From: a virus
DNA: 64,000 nt
Reading direction: 5' to 3' (one strand)
IMG/VR virus record: IMGVR_UViG_3300025645_000065
Below, in pieces: positions 45,731-56,028 of this stretch; the first letter of the stretch is position 1, and each line of letters begins with the position of its first letter. Below the pieces are notes generated by a model, which ran no database searches, had not been told where the DNA came from, and saw only the letters and a list, made by a program, of their open reading frames with translations. Made by a program: the position numbers and the translations under genes.

Positions 45731-46456
45731 CTATAATCTATAGTACGTTCCGTATACTCTTAAAGCCGGGTATAGTGTGTTGTAGTTGGAGGTTTCAAAG
45801 TACTGGTTCATATTTCTCTCTGCATTTGCACAGAACTCTGAGATTCCTATATTGATTTTATTTTGTTTGAAGGTTTGGGAATTGAGGTGACATATAGTAT
45901 TGTTATCAGATACGACAGTTCTGTAGTTCTTCTCCTCTGCAATACAGCCAGTATAGAAGTCTAACCCCCATCCATAGATTAACTCTGCAGGGAACTGTGC
46001 TATCTCTTTAAGGAGATCTCTTCTCAATAGAGGGGATTGGAAGTCAATCCATCTTACCTCCCTAAGACCTTTACCCCAGTTCCACATCTGCTTCCAATGG
46101 CATTGTTCAATAGAGGCGTTTATTACCGATGGAGAGTATACGGCTGCGTCACTTTCTATTGCTTCTTTTAAGGAGGTTGTTAAAAAGGAAGGTCCATGGA
46201 ATATTAAATCATTATTTAGAAAGTATAGATAGTCATGATCTGTTTCGTTTAAGAAGTATTCCAACACTACATTAAAACCTCCTCCAAAGAATATATTCTC
46301 CTCTAGCTTGTGAGTTGTACTCTTTGCAAGCTGTTCCTTAGATCCGTTATCGACTACCATCAACTCGCATTGAGCGTAAAGAGGGTCTCGTTTAAGCTGG
46401 TTGACAAGATTGTCTGTTAAGTCTGGTAGGTTGTGGTTAAGTGTTGCTATTAACAT
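45731..46456 (-). CDS. Glycosyltransferase family-2-like
   Basis: 241 aa with the N-terminal motif MVVDNGSKE. Confidence 0.4.
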   Translation of the reverse strand: MLIATLNHNLPDLTDNLVNQLKRDPLYAQCELMVVDNGSKEQLAKSTTHKLEENIFFGGGFNVVLEYFLNETDHDYLYFLNNDLIFHGPSFLTTSLKEAIESDAAVYSPSVINASIEQCHWKQMWNWGKGLREVRWIDFQSPLLRRDLLKEIAQFPAELIYGWGLDFYTGCIAEEKNYRTVVSDNNTICHLNSQTFKQNKINIGISEFCANAERNMNQYFETSNYNTLYPALRVYGTYYRL

Positions 46457-47136
46457 AGAGCCCAGTTAGTTAAAGGGGAGAGCCAAGCTGTCTCTCCGTG
46501 AGTCGAATACCCAGGTAAAGGAGTTATAAGGGATGTTCCTTGGCTACGTAAATCTGTCCACATCTCAAAATCATATGGATGGCTTGTTGCTGTGTATTTC
46601 CTCAAGGTAGGTTCGAACTGTTTAAGTTTAGAAGCATACGCTGCAAATGTCATCGTTGTGGAATTTGTTAACTTCCAATGACATGTATTTGATAAGAACA
46701 CTTTCGTTGTTTCTCCGCCATCCTCAACATACGGATTAATACCGTCCTGATACTTATCCGGATGGTCGTAAAGCGATACAAAATCAGATCCTAGCTTAAG
46801 ACCTTCCAGCAAAACCTTGGCGGAGTCTTTCTTATGTAAGTAGTCGTTCTCAATAAAGTAAACAGCCTCATCATCTACTGACTGTAACGCTTCATCTAGA
46901 GCTAAGTTAAAAGTTCCCGCTCCATGGCCGACAGAAACATATTCAATAAAGTTCCTAGGTATATGCTTCTGTATCATACTGTTAGTCTCTTCTGAGGTAT
47001 TATCAGCGAGAATTGACCAGTTATGTTCCTGCCAAGGGAAGGCTTGGATAGCGTTTTTCAAGCAGGTTTCATTACTTATGTAGGTTGGCTTTACCTTACT
47101 ATAGCCTGCATCAGATATTCTGTAGATTAGTTTCAT
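46450..47136 (-). CDS. Hypothetical protein in the glycosylation island
   Basis: 228 aa ORF. Confidence 0.3.
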   Translation of the reverse strand: MKLIYRISDAGYSKVKPTYISNETCLKNAIQAFPWQEHNWSILADNTSEETNSMIQKHIPRNFIEYVSVGHGAGTFNLALDEALQSVDDEAVYFIENDYLHKKDSAKVLLEGLKLGSDFVSLYDHPDKYQDGINPYVEDGGETTKVFLSNTCHWKLTNSTTMTFAAYASKLKQFEPTLRKYTATSHPYDFEMWTDLRSQGTSLITPLPGYSTHGETAWLSPLTNWALC

Positions 47137-47879
47137 ACTAGGTTAAATTGATTAGGAACTTCTACATACCGGTACCCATGCACAAAGTCTGATCCGTTAA
47201 AGGGCCTGCTGAATTCGTCTCGCACTAATGTGGTCCAGTCTTTATCTCCCTTATGTCCCCAGTTGTAGACCTTCTTTAACATCTCAGCTTCCTCCCTAAC
47301 CCATGAATAGTGATGTACTAAGGGAGTTCCGTTGTGTAGGATTGGTTGATGATCTCCGTTTATAAAACCGTCAACAGCAAATAGCTGCTGTCGCTCCGCT
47401 CTTATATTAACATTCCAGTTGCATTTATCCCTTCTAATTAAAAGGCCAGCCGATTCGAGGGATGTTGCTCGGTATATTGGATCTCTAAAATACCAGTAGC
47501 AAGTTAGCCAGAAAGTATTATCAGTATGTTCAACACCTGTAAACCATTCTCTGAAAGAGTCATCTACGATCTCATCCCCATCTACGAATAGTAACCAGTC
47601 TCCCCGGCTTTTCTCTGTGCCGATACATCTACTTAAATTATGATAATACCCAGGGTTATCTTTCTCGCCTTCCCACTCGAATATGTATCCTATGCAGTTA
47701 GAAGTGTTCCTTATGACTTCAAAAGATTCTTTGAGTAGATTCTCATCTTCTAGCTCTCCGTTGAAGAAGTGATCGCAGACTACTACTATAATTTCGTCAC
47801 TAAACTTACTTAACTGTTCTAAATTGGTTTTTAAGAACCTAAAATCTATTGTGCTATACTGTACTACTGATGTTATCAT
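47133..47879 (-). CDS. Putative glycosyltransferase
   Basis: 248 aa with IIVVVCDH ... FVDGDE, a DxD-like motif. Confidence 0.3.
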   Translation of the reverse strand: MITSVVQYSTIDFRFLKTNLEQLSKFSDEIIVVVCDHFFNGELEDENLLKESFEVIRNTSNCIGYIFEWEGEKDNPGYYHNLSRCIGTEKSRGDWLLFVDGDEIVDDSFREWFTGVEHTDNTFWLTCYWYFRDPIYRATSLESAGLLIRRDKCNWNVNIRAERQQLFAVDGFINGDHQPILHNGTPLVHHYSWVREEAEMLKKVYNWGHKGDKDWTTLVRDEFSRPFNGSDFVHGYRYVEVPNQFNLV

Positions 47880-47888
47880 TATGTTTTT

Positions 47889-48515
47889 CTAGAAAATAAC
47901 TACTCCGGTGCCGGAGTGATGTCCATGGTTTGAGATGTCATACTTCTCCTCAGTTACACTGTTCCAGAAACCCTTCATCGGACTATTCAATTTAATATCA
48001 TCTAAGACAAGAGTACCTTTCCAGTTAAGAGCCTTTAAATGCTCATAGAACTTGTACTCAAATGAGCCATCGTGATCAGTGTCCAGTAGTATGAATGGAC
48101 TGGATAATATTACATCTGTAAACTGAGTATCTATAATATTTCCAATAATATACTCGATATTTTTAGGATTGCCGTTTAATTTACGTAGGTTTGGATGGAT
48201 ATCAAAGGACTTAACCTGGTTACTGGGGTTATATGCTAGTGCTATTGAGGAACATCCTTTGTAAGTTCCGATGTCTAGGAGAGTTGTGTTTTGGTATTTT
48301 GTACTAAAATAAGCTAGTAGCCTATAATGTTCACTACCTGGAGTACCTAGAAAGTAGTCTCGGAACTGATCTTCAATTATGTAGGGTGCGCTTCCTGTTA
48401 AGTCTATGTTACCAAGTTCGGTATCGTTAATTATCATTAGTATATGTTTTGTTAAAATTGTGTTATCATTCCGTATTCGTCGAAGGTAGGCATTTTTCCC
48501 CACTTCTCCACCCAT
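47889..48515 (-). CDS. SAM-dependent methyltransferase (FkbM/class-I-like)
   Basis: 208 aa with motif I LLDIGTYKGCSS. Confidence 0.4.
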   Translation of the reverse strand: MGGEVGKNAYLRRIRNDNTILTKHILMIINDTELGNIDLTGSAPYIIEDQFRDYFLGTPGSEHYRLLAYFSTKYQNTTLLDIGTYKGCSSIALAYNPSNQVKSFDIHPNLRKLNGNPKNIEYIIGNIIDTQFTDVILSSPFILLDTDHDGSFEYKFYEHLKALNWKGTLVLDDIKLNSPMKGFWNSVTEEKYDISNHGHHSGTGVVIF

Positions 48516-49303
48516 TTTTGTATATTCCTTTGCTCAGTCTCTCTCTGTCTTTGAGAGGACTGTCCGTTATTTTCTTCCAGCCTATGAGAACCTCTTGCAG
48601 CGAAGTGCCAAACTATAGAACTAAATGGAAGTACGAACTTAACTCCATGTTGTAGCATTCTAACGAATAGGTCCATATCATCCCAGGACGTTGGAGCGAA
48701 CCTAGGATCATTACCTCCTACCTCATCCCAGACTTCTTTAGATACTATTCCGGAAACTCCTTCTCCTTTTGGTATCTCAAAATAGGTATTGATCTCTTGT
48801 AACTCTTCTACCCACTCCTCGAAAGCATCCGCTTTAAAATCGTTATAATAAGCTCCGAACATTTCCTCCGGTACCATAATAGTACCAGGGCGGGTAGTGC
48901 CGTTAAAGATATTAGGCTCTATTCTTTGAGAATTTACCCATAACTTTTCACCCGGCCGTGTAAGATGTACATCTAGTAAAGGCTTATCCCAGTTTTTAGT
49001 TACATAGAAGTCTGAATGTAGGAAGTTAATGTATTGGGTCTGTACTTTATCCGCACAGAAATTCATACCGCCTCCTATTCCTTTAGAAGACTCAACATGC
49101 ACATCTAAGTAATATGTTAATTGGTACTTCTCAGCGTTATCTTCTAACCATTCATTAGTTCCATCAGTACAGTTCTCAGCATGTATAATAAAAGGTGCGT
49201 CTTTATAGTAGGAGTTCCTCCGAACAGACTCTATTGCTAGTTTCAAGTACGGAAGATTATTATAAGTTGATATGCAGTGTGTTATTAAGTTATCAGGGTT
49301 CAT
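48452..49303 (-). CDS. Glycosyltransferase family 2
   Basis: 283 aa with an N-terminal GT-A fold signature (ISTYNNLPYLKLAIESV ... DGTNEWL). Confidence 0.5.
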   Translation of the reverse strand: MNPDNLITHCISTYNNLPYLKLAIESVRRNSYYKDAPFIIHAENCTDGTNEWLEDNAEKYQLTYYLDVHVESSKGIGGGMNFCADKVQTQYINFLHSDFYVTKNWDKPLLDVHLTRPGEKLWVNSQRIEPNIFNGTTRPGTIMVPEEMFGAYYNDFKADAFEEWVEELQEINTYFEIPKGEGVSGIVSKEVWDEVGGNDPRFAPTSWDDMDLFVRMLQHGVKFVLPFSSIVWHFAARGSHRLEENNGQSSQRQRETEQRNIQKWVEKWGKMPTFDEYGMITQF

Positions 49304-49977
49304 ACTTTATACTTCTGTCTTCCTGTTGCTTCTATTTTATCATAGAGATCATTCTGCTGTACCTGCCTATCTAACTGCTTAGGGTGTAGTATACAATACG
49401 CTTCTTCGGTAGGAAGATAAACATATGTTTTAAATCCTTCGATCTTACTATGAAGTAATCCATCCCACTTAACCCATTCACAGTTTCTATATAACCTCAT
49501 TTGCCAATCCGGAAAGTTAACCCATCCTGCTTCGCTTACATTCCATCTCCATTTCGCAATATACTCAGGAGTAAGTCCTTCTACTGTATTAATACGAGGC
49601 ATAATAAATAAATCAGTCTCGTTATTAGACTCCAGGAACTCTGGAAGAACTTCTATAAGCTCTTGACTTATCAGCTCGTCAGCATCTAGCTGTAGGATAT
49701 AATCTCCTGTACATAAGCTATTTAGATAGTTCTTTTGAGTATGATCACCGTCAAAGGTTCTGTAGAATAATTTAATGTGAGGTTTATACTCGTTTAAATA
49801 CTCTACAGTTGCTTTGTCGCTTGAGTGATCATCCACTACGACTATCTCATCTCCCGGTCTCTTATTGTTGACTAGAAAGCTAAGAAGTTTATTAATATAT
49901 TCTCCTTCGTTATGAGTTAATATAGCGTAGCTTATTTTCATTACTCTAATATAAGAACTTTTAGTTAAAGATGCCAA
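49300..49977 (-). CDS. Glycosyltransferase family 2
   Basis: 225 aa with ILTHNEGEYI...VVVDDHSSD and DADE. Confidence 0.5.
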   Translation of the reverse strand: MASLTKSSYIRVMKISYAILTHNEGEYINKLLSFLVNNKRPGDEIVVVDDHSSDKATVEYLNEYKPHIKLFYRTFDGDHTQKNYLNSLCTGDYILQLDADELISQELIEVLPEFLESNNETDLFIMPRINTVEGLTPEYIAKWRWNVSEAGWVNFPDWQMRLYRNCEWVKWDGLLHSKIEGFKTYVYLPTEEAYCILHPKQLDRQVQQNDLYDKIEATGRQKYKV

Positions 49978-50422
49978 TAAAGTCTAGAGCTTCTAGGTAA
50001 TCTTTCTCTATATAGTCCGTCCGTGTACTCATATCCATTCTAAATTCATAGTACTGATCTTTCTTACCGGGTAGTGGGTACTTAGTTTTCTCCTCTTCTT
50101 TAACAGGCACCGCCTTAACCGCTGACCATCTCCAGTTATCCTTACTAGGTCCGTTAGCAAATACCATTCCCAGAGTAGGAATGTTTATAGTCGAAGGCAT
50201 CCACGTCTCTCTAGTCGTCTTATCCATCCACATTAGGTCTTTATATAGCTCCGGAAGAGATTCCATTTGAAGATCATAGAATTCATTACCCTCTATCATT
50301 AAGGAGTTCGATTGGAAGCCACACCCCATACACTGTTTAAGGTTAATATCTGCTGTTACTTCTTGTATATAGCAGGCATCACTTCCGCATCTTGCACATA
50401 TTATTAATTTATCTGTGTTCAT
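49961..50422 (-). CDS. Zinc-ribbon protein
   Basis: 153 aa with CARCGSD...CMGCGF. Confidence 0.3.
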   Translation of the reverse strand: MNTDKLIICARCGSDACYIQEVTADINLKQCMGCGFQSNSLMIEGNEFYDLQMESLPELYKDLMWMDKTTRETWMPSTINIPTLGMVFANGPSKDNWRWSAVKAVPVKEEEKTKYPLPGKKDQYYEFRMDMSTRTDYIEKDYLEALDFIGIFN

Positions 50423-51697
50423 TTATATTTTTTTAAGTTTTGGTAATTTTATCTCTATCTGCTTTGGGAACTCAGGAACCAATTCATCTAACCTACTTCC
50501 TAATAAGTCTTTCATCTTCTCCCAGCTAAACTGATTCTTAGAGATGTAAGCCTGTCTGTTTGCAAGTTCTTTATACTTCTTATAGTTTTCGAATACATCT
50601 CTTAAGTAGCCCCCTGCCTGCATAAAGTCTACGCTAAACCACTGTCCTTCCTTTAGGAGCCATTTATTAGCTGCAGACGGATGAATATTAGTTAATTCTC
50701 CTTTGAGTAGTGTAGTAAATTCCGGGTTAAGGTAATCTAATTGCCCGGACCAGTTAGTTGTTATAAGAGGTTTATGAGAGGTTGTAAACTCCAGCAAAGG
50801 TCTTCCGAATCCTTCCCCTTTAGTTAAGCTAATCATAGCTTTTACTTTAGGGTGGTTATAGAGGTCGTTCATCTCCTCATCAGTAAGATCTCCGTTAAGT
50901 AAATATACATTTGGTAGATTACTAGACTTAACTGTCTTTTTTATCTCTGCTATCTTAGCCAATACCCTATCTCTCCCTGCATAAGAACTATTACCTATTG
51001 ATACCTTTAAGAGCAAAGCCGGCTTCTTCTGCTTGTTTTTAAAAGTCTCATAGAAGGCTTTAATAGTTAAGCCGATATTTTTCCTATCCTCTCCCATCTC
51101 TCCTTCCAACCACATACCGCAATGTAAGAAAGCGAAGTCTTCTTTAATGTCTCCCAGGTTTAGAAAGGTCTCAGGTACGTCTTTCTTCTGTCTGTATGTA
51201 TCTACGTCTACCCCTTCGAAAAGTACTTCAACAGGCTTTACTACTTTTATATGTCCTATGACTTGTTGGGTATTATTATCTCTCTTTTCAAAAGACAGCC
51301 CTTCAAATATTTCTTTTGAATGCTTGGAAGACACAAAATTAACATCCATTACATTTAAGCCTTCAATCCAGTCCGGAGCACATACTGTAGCTTCTATTCC
51401 GGCTGTAAAGCCTATGTTGTATTTACCTACTGCTCTAAATTCACTAGGTATGGTTACCTGTGACCATATATCCGGTGTGGTTATTATGGAGGTTACAAAG
51501 CGGTCCTTCAACATACTCCACTCTGGGTTCTTTTCTATAAAGCCCCAAGGAGTACTGCCCCATCTCTGAGGTAGGAGTTTAACATCGTATTTATCTAAAT
51601 CTATAACTGCTCTTGCAAGATCTCTTGCTCTGGCACCATATCCTGAAAAGGTATCGAATGGACCTGAGATATAGAAGGTTGGTTTATTTGTATTCAT
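50423..51697 (-). CDS. Putative glycosyltransferase (GT-B-like)
   Basis: 424 aa. Called from size and context only. Confidence 0.3.
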   Translation of the reverse strand: MNTNKPTFYISGPFDTFSGYGARARDLARAVIDLDKYDVKLLPQRWGSTPWGFIEKNPEWSMLKDRFVTSIITTPDIWSQVTIPSEFRAVGKYNIGFTAGIEATVCAPDWIEGLNVMDVNFVSSKHSKEIFEGLSFEKRDNNTQQVIGHIKVVKPVEVLFEGVDVDTYRQKKDVPETFLNLGDIKEDFAFLHCGMWLEGEMGEDRKNIGLTIKAFYETFKNKQKKPALLLKVSIGNSSYAGRDRVLAKIAEIKKTVKSSNLPNVYLLNGDLTDEEMNDLYNHPKVKAMISLTKGEGFGRPLLEFTTSHKPLITTNWSGQLDYLNPEFTTLLKGELTNIHPSAANKWLLKEGQWFSVDFMQAGGYLRDVFENYKKYKELANRQAYISKNQFSWEKMKDLLGSRLDELVPEFPKQIEIKLPKLKKI

Positions 51698-51707
51698 TTA
51701 TTGTATA

Positions 51708-53150
51708 TTAGTAAAGTATGTTATGCTTAATATTCTTCTCCTCTAGATCTCCTGCTAGTACTAACTCAAACCTCTCTCTAGGGGTCCAAGTACTGAATAG
51801 TTTATCTATATTGTCTATGATTCTCTGACCCATGATGACGGAAGTAAAACCTGCTTCCGAACCTGTAGCCCATTCCATACCTGCTGTACCTCTTGCTGTT
51901 CTTTCTTCTTTAGACAGTTCATAAACCTCTGTCAATCTATCAGCAGCATCTTCCGGTTGACATCTATCATCCCAAATATAAGGAGTAATAGGAGAGCCAA
52001 CAATCGATATCGAGGAAGGATATACAGGAAAGGCCCATACCCCGTGCTGGGTTACAGTACGTCTATGGTTAGAAGGAATCTCCTCATTCAACTCCATCCA
52101 CTTACCGTCCATAACAAATCTCATTTGATCCTGCATCCCTCCGGTAACATTTGCTATAAATGGAGTACCTGATACTAAAGATTCAGTTAACGATAAACCC
52201 CATCCTTCATTAGAGGATAGTAAAATAGATACATCAGCCATACTATACAACCAATTCATCTGTACAGGTGCAAGATTTCCGTAAGTAAAATGGATGTTAT
52301 AGCCTTGAGAGGCCGGCGCCAGAAGGTCAATGACAGCATTCAAGTCCGTACCATTATCATCAACCGGTTGGGTGTGGAGTAGAAGAAGAGTCTTCTCTTT
52401 CTTACCTTTAGGTAACCGGTCCACGAAATGTTTGAAGGCAAGTATAGTATCCGGAACCTGCTTACGTCTAATGTTACGCGAATTATATAACACAACAAAG
52501 TCAATATCCTTTTCCTTCTTCATCTTCTCAACAAACGAAAGATACTCCTTATCCTCTAACTCCTCCTTGGTTAATGGACGGAAGGTATTAGGATCAACAC
52601 CGTGAGGTACATACTCTATGAGTTTGTTATCCCCTTTCTCTCCTAGTACTAGCTTGTTTATGTTAACAGTCTGTTTGGAGATACCTAGAAGTGCATCACA
52701 ACTTTCATAGAAGGTCTTATTGTAGATCGGTGCCGGATAATTATCCCATATGTTTAAATAGATAATCGGAACCTGTGTACGTATTTCAGACTCCATCTCA
52801 AATAGCCACGTCCAGTATCTAGGATCTGTGATGATAAAGACAGCATCTGCCTTTTCGGCTTTGATCAATCCTCTCAGTACTTCCGGTGACCCGTATCCGG
52901 ATATCGGATAGATATACACCGATGCATCCTCCATACCCATAAGGTCATTGGTTGATTGAGAGAGATCAAATCTCTTACCCTCATCCGGATGCTTTACCGA
53001 TCCTCCTAAATTGACCCAATTGTAACGGTGGGCGGTATTGGCTACCAACTCCCTACCCATGTGAGCTACACCCGAATGGGCTCTAATGTCATCACACAGA
53101 AGAAGGATCTTCTTCCTATCTTCTTTTTTTATATAACCTTCTTTATTCAT
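51708..53150 (-). CDS. Putative glycosyltransferase (GT-B-like)
   Basis: 480 aa. Called from size and context only. Confidence 0.3.
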   Translation of the reverse strand: MNKEGYIKKEDRKKILLLCDDIRAHSGVAHMGRELVANTAHRYNWVNLGGSVKHPDEGKRFDLSQSTNDLMGMEDASVYIYPISGYGSPEVLRGLIKAEKADAVFIITDPRYWTWLFEMESEIRTQVPIIYLNIWDNYPAPIYNKTFYESCDALLGISKQTVNINKLVLGEKGDNKLIEYVPHGVDPNTFRPLTKEELEDKEYLSFVEKMKKEKDIDFVVLYNSRNIRRKQVPDTILAFKHFVDRLPKGKKEKTLLLLHTQPVDDNGTDLNAVIDLLAPASQGYNIHFTYGNLAPVQMNWLYSMADVSILLSSNEGWGLSLTESLVSGTPFIANVTGGMQDQMRFVMDGKWMELNEEIPSNHRRTVTQHGVWAFPVYPSSISIVGSPITPYIWDDRCQPEDAADRLTEVYELSKEERTARGTAGMEWATGSEAGFTSVIMGQRIIDNIDKLFSTWTPRERFELVLAGDLEEKNIKHNILY

Positions 53151-53198
53151 AAATTAGTATTCTTAATATAGCTGCCCTATAAAGATAAGGCAAGTGCT

Positions 53199-53378
53199 TT
53201 ACTTATTTTTTTCGTTTAAAATAAACTCCTTGAACTTAGGATCCTGCAGGTATCTTGTAATGCAAATATCCACAAGGTCCGTTAGCGTGAACTTGTCACG
53301 AACACACTCTACTTTAAAATCTTCAAATTTAATTTGATCCACCTTTAGTGAAGTCAATATTCTGTTTGGCTTATTCAT
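53199..53378 (-). CDS. Hypothetical small protein
   Basis: 59 aa ORF translated by hand. Confidence 0.2.
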   Translation of the reverse strand: MNKPNRILTSLKVDQIKFEDFKVECVRDKFTLTDLVDICITRYLQDPKFKEFILNEKNK

Positions 53379-53499
53379 AATATCTTATTTATATATAAAT
53401 ATACTACCTTTAGGTTTCTCCCCGATCCTCCCCTAGTGCCGGTTTTGGGTCTGCGGGCCGGAATATATATACCGAGAATTTTGCGAGGCCATGTTTTTA

Positions 53500-54459
53500 T
53501 TACGCGCCCCCCTTCCCCCTGTCGCACAAGTCTGGCCGGTCATTGAAAGGACACCATCTGCAATTACTCTGTGAGGGTATCTTCTTATATGTCTTATCTT
53601 GATAAGTTCCTTCTTTAGTAAAGCATTCTGTTATAAACTCCTTTACTGTTGCTACCGCCTTCTTACTCTTGATAGGACCTGAAGCTGGAATGAATTCTGA
53701 TATACGCGGTTGTGGGTATTCGCTTTGATCCCATATCTTCCGTTTTACGATTAAGAATGCTACTTCTATTTTCTCTTTCGGTACGTTAAATTGTCTGCTG
53801 AAGAATTCTTTGTATAGGATGATTTGGTTTTGTTTCATTTCATCTTTCTTGGCTTCTGCGTTCCAACCTCGTGTTGAGGTTTTAAAATCTAAAATTCTAA
53901 AAGTCTCTGTCGGTTCATGATAAAGTACTGCATCGATAAATCCTTTGAAGAGCACGTTTGTGTATTCCTCTTCCGGAGTTATCATAATAGGTATCTCTAT
54001 TCCGGCTAGGTGCCATCCTTTTTTAGATATAAAGTTTGCTTTTCTTTTCTTAAATTCTTTTAGAATTGCAACTCCATCTTCATAAAACTCTAGTAGTTCT
54101 GTTGAGGTAGAGAAGTGCTCTCCTCCATTCTTTTCTTTTCCTAAAGCATAGTTACTTTTCATTTGAGTACCTAGCATGAGAGCTAAGTCCATTTCGTCTG
54201 CTGCTTTAGTTGAGTCATTATAGTACGTTTCAAAGTAGGCTTGTATCACTTCATGGAAGCTGGTCCCAAAAAGCGTATGTATAGAGTCTTTGTAAATTTG
54301 AAGCTTCTCCTTGTACGCTAGTTCCCATTGATGTGGACATCTAGTGAACATACTAATTTGACTATAGCTTATATTCTTCTGTCCTCCTTCATAGTCAACA
54401 ATTGCAGGTTGGAAGGCTTTAATCTCTTTTAGTATTTGGGGAAGCTTCTTTTTACTCAT
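53500..54459 (-). CDS. PD-(D/E)XK nuclease of the RecB/Cas4-like family with a C-terminal Cys cluster
   Basis: 319 aa with GFIDAV...ILDFKTS (D...ExK) and C-terminal CRWCPFNDRPDLC. Confidence 0.45.
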   Translation of the reverse strand: MSKKKLPQILKEIKAFQPAIVDYEGGQKNISYSQISMFTRCPHQWELAYKEKLQIYKDSIHTLFGTSFHEVIQAYFETYYNDSTKAADEMDLALMLGTQMKSNYALGKEKNGGEHFSTSTELLEFYEDGVAILKEFKKRKANFISKKGWHLAGIEIPIMITPEEEYTNVLFKGFIDAVLYHEPTETFRILDFKTSTRGWNAEAKKDEMKQNQIILYKEFFSRQFNVPKEKIEVAFLIVKRKIWDQSEYPQPRISEFIPASGPIKSKKAVATVKEFITECFTKEGTYQDKTYKKIPSQSNCRWCPFNDRPDLCDRGKGGA

Positions 54460-54462
54460 AAC

Positions 54463-54687
54463 TTACTTTTGTTTTAATAACTCTTGTTTTAGTTTTTCCA
54501 TATAGAGTACTTGATCTAACATCTCTTCAACGGCATGATCTAGCCATTCGATTACGCTTAAGTCGTCTCTATCCATAGTCGCTCCGTATTTGTTAAAGCC
54601 TACTTCTGCTCTTGATACGAGTTTAGTATTTATAGCTTGTACGATTGAGTCAGGCTGGAAGCCGGAATAGTTTATCTTATTCTCCAT
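54463..54687 (-). CDS. Hypothetical small protein
   Basis: 74 aa ORF. Confidence 0.25.
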   Translation of the reverse strand: MENKINYSGFQPDSIVQAINTKLVSRAEVGFNKYGATMDRDDLSVIEWLDHAVEEMLDQVLYMEKLKQELLKQK

Positions 54688-54925
54688 CTTCCTCTGTTAC
54701 AAATTCGCTTCTTAAATCTTTAGGTAAAGTGTCTGTTAGTATCTCTCCTGTCTTTACATCGTAAAATACAGGAACCGGTAGTACGCCATCTTCAGCTGTA
54801 CCCGCTACAAACTTAGATACTTTCCTGAGTATTACTCCTTCTGCGAATAGTTGGTTACCGTCTTTTGAGATAACCGGGGTGGTGTTCTTTAAGTCAATAC
54901 TGACTTGAGGTGCTTGTTTCATCAT
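54677..54925 (-). CDS. Hypothetical small protein
   Basis: 82 aa ORF. Confidence 0.25.
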   Translation of the reverse strand: MMKQAPQVSIDLKNTTPVISKDGNQLFAEGVILRKVSKFVAGTAEDGVLPVPVFYDVKTGEILTDTLPKDLRSEFVTEEDGE

Positions 54926-54954
54926 ACTTTTTTATTAATATACGAACTTTATAT

Positions 54955-55623
54955 CTAAGGTTCAACTTGTAATAGTTTTTTAAGCTTAGTATAGTATATA
55001 CCGGTTGCTTTAACAGCGGATCTAATACTGGGGTATGTTATGTTCTGATATGTTACTGGGATTGAAGTGTCTGGGGCGGGATGGCTGCTATTCTTCCTGG
55101 CTTCTGATATCTTCTCTCGGGTTTCAGCGGATCTCTTCCTACCCTTATGAAATGTTGATACTTTTTGTTTTTGTTCCTCTGTTAATTTCCGTCCTTTGTT
55201 GGCTTCTGATATTTTATGTCCCCAGGTTACTTTTCTGTTCTTAAGAGTTTCAGAAATTTTCTTTTTGTGCTGTTCTGTAAGTGGCGGCTTCTTTCTTCCT
55301 GTATTCGCTTTTGATATAGCTCTACTTGCAATTACCTTTAATCTTGCGTAGGTTCTTGATGATATATTAAGTCCTTTCTTAGTGCATGCTAGTACCCACA
55401 CAGCATGGTGTAGTCCATCTTCGTAGGGGTATACCTCCAACAACAACAGGTGACATATGTAATGCTCTCTTGCTGTCAGTAACACTAAGTTCTCAGAAGT
55501 ATTGCATCCGCCCATACATTTGGGTATTATGTGGTGTTTCTCATAATAAACACCTTTCCCTTTGCTTCGATTCTCTTTTTGCCCTCTCTCTATGATTTGA
55601 TCATATACTTTCTTGTAATTCAT
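54955..55623 (-). CDS. HNH homing endonuclease with NUMOD3-like DNA-binding repeats
   Basis: 222 aa with YEKHHIIPKCMGGCNTSENLVLLTAREHYICH, followed by repeated GRK..ISEA/ISET motifs. Confidence 0.75.
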   Translation of the reverse strand: MNYKKVYDQIIERGQKENRSKGKGVYYEKHHIIPKCMGGCNTSENLVLLTAREHYICHLLLLEVYPYEDGLHHAVWVLACTKKGLNISSRTYARLKVIASRAISKANTGRKKPPLTEQHKKKISETLKNRKVTWGHKISEANKGRKLTEEQKQKVSTFHKGRKRSAETREKISEARKNSSHPAPDTSIPVTYQNITYPSIRSAVKATGIYYTKLKKLLQVEP

Positions 55624-55761
55624 TTTAAATAAAAAACGCTACGGCTTTCAGTGATAAGGGCACCTACTAACCAATAGCGTTAAATTGTTTTCTTTATATA
55701 ATGTAAGGCCCTTATCTCTTACCTATATAAATAGGCTACTTTTAATATAACTGTTTTTACT

Positions 55762-56028
55762 TTACTTCTCAACTTCATAGTCTCCGTAGATAGAATAGAT
55801 CTTAGGCTTCTCTATCGGCACTTCTACCTCTACGGTTGTAATTGCATAGAGTTTTCCTTTTAAAGGCTCTAATCTAAAATCTGCTTTTGTGTTTGATTTC
55901 TCAAACCAGGCTTGTAATGCTTCTGCTATTCCATTCCGTACGGTAGTCTCTCCTTCAAGAGTCCATTTATCACCCGGAGGAGTTCTAGTAGCGATAAGTG
56001 TAAGTATTTCTTTATTTTCTTTTTCCAT
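55762..56028 (-). CDS. Hypothetical small protein
   Basis: 88 aa ORF. Confidence 0.25.
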   Translation of the reverse strand: MEKENKEILTLIATRTPPGDKWTLEGETTVRNGIAEALQAWFEKSNTKADFRLEPLKGKLYAITTVEVEVPIEKPKIYSIYGDYEVEK

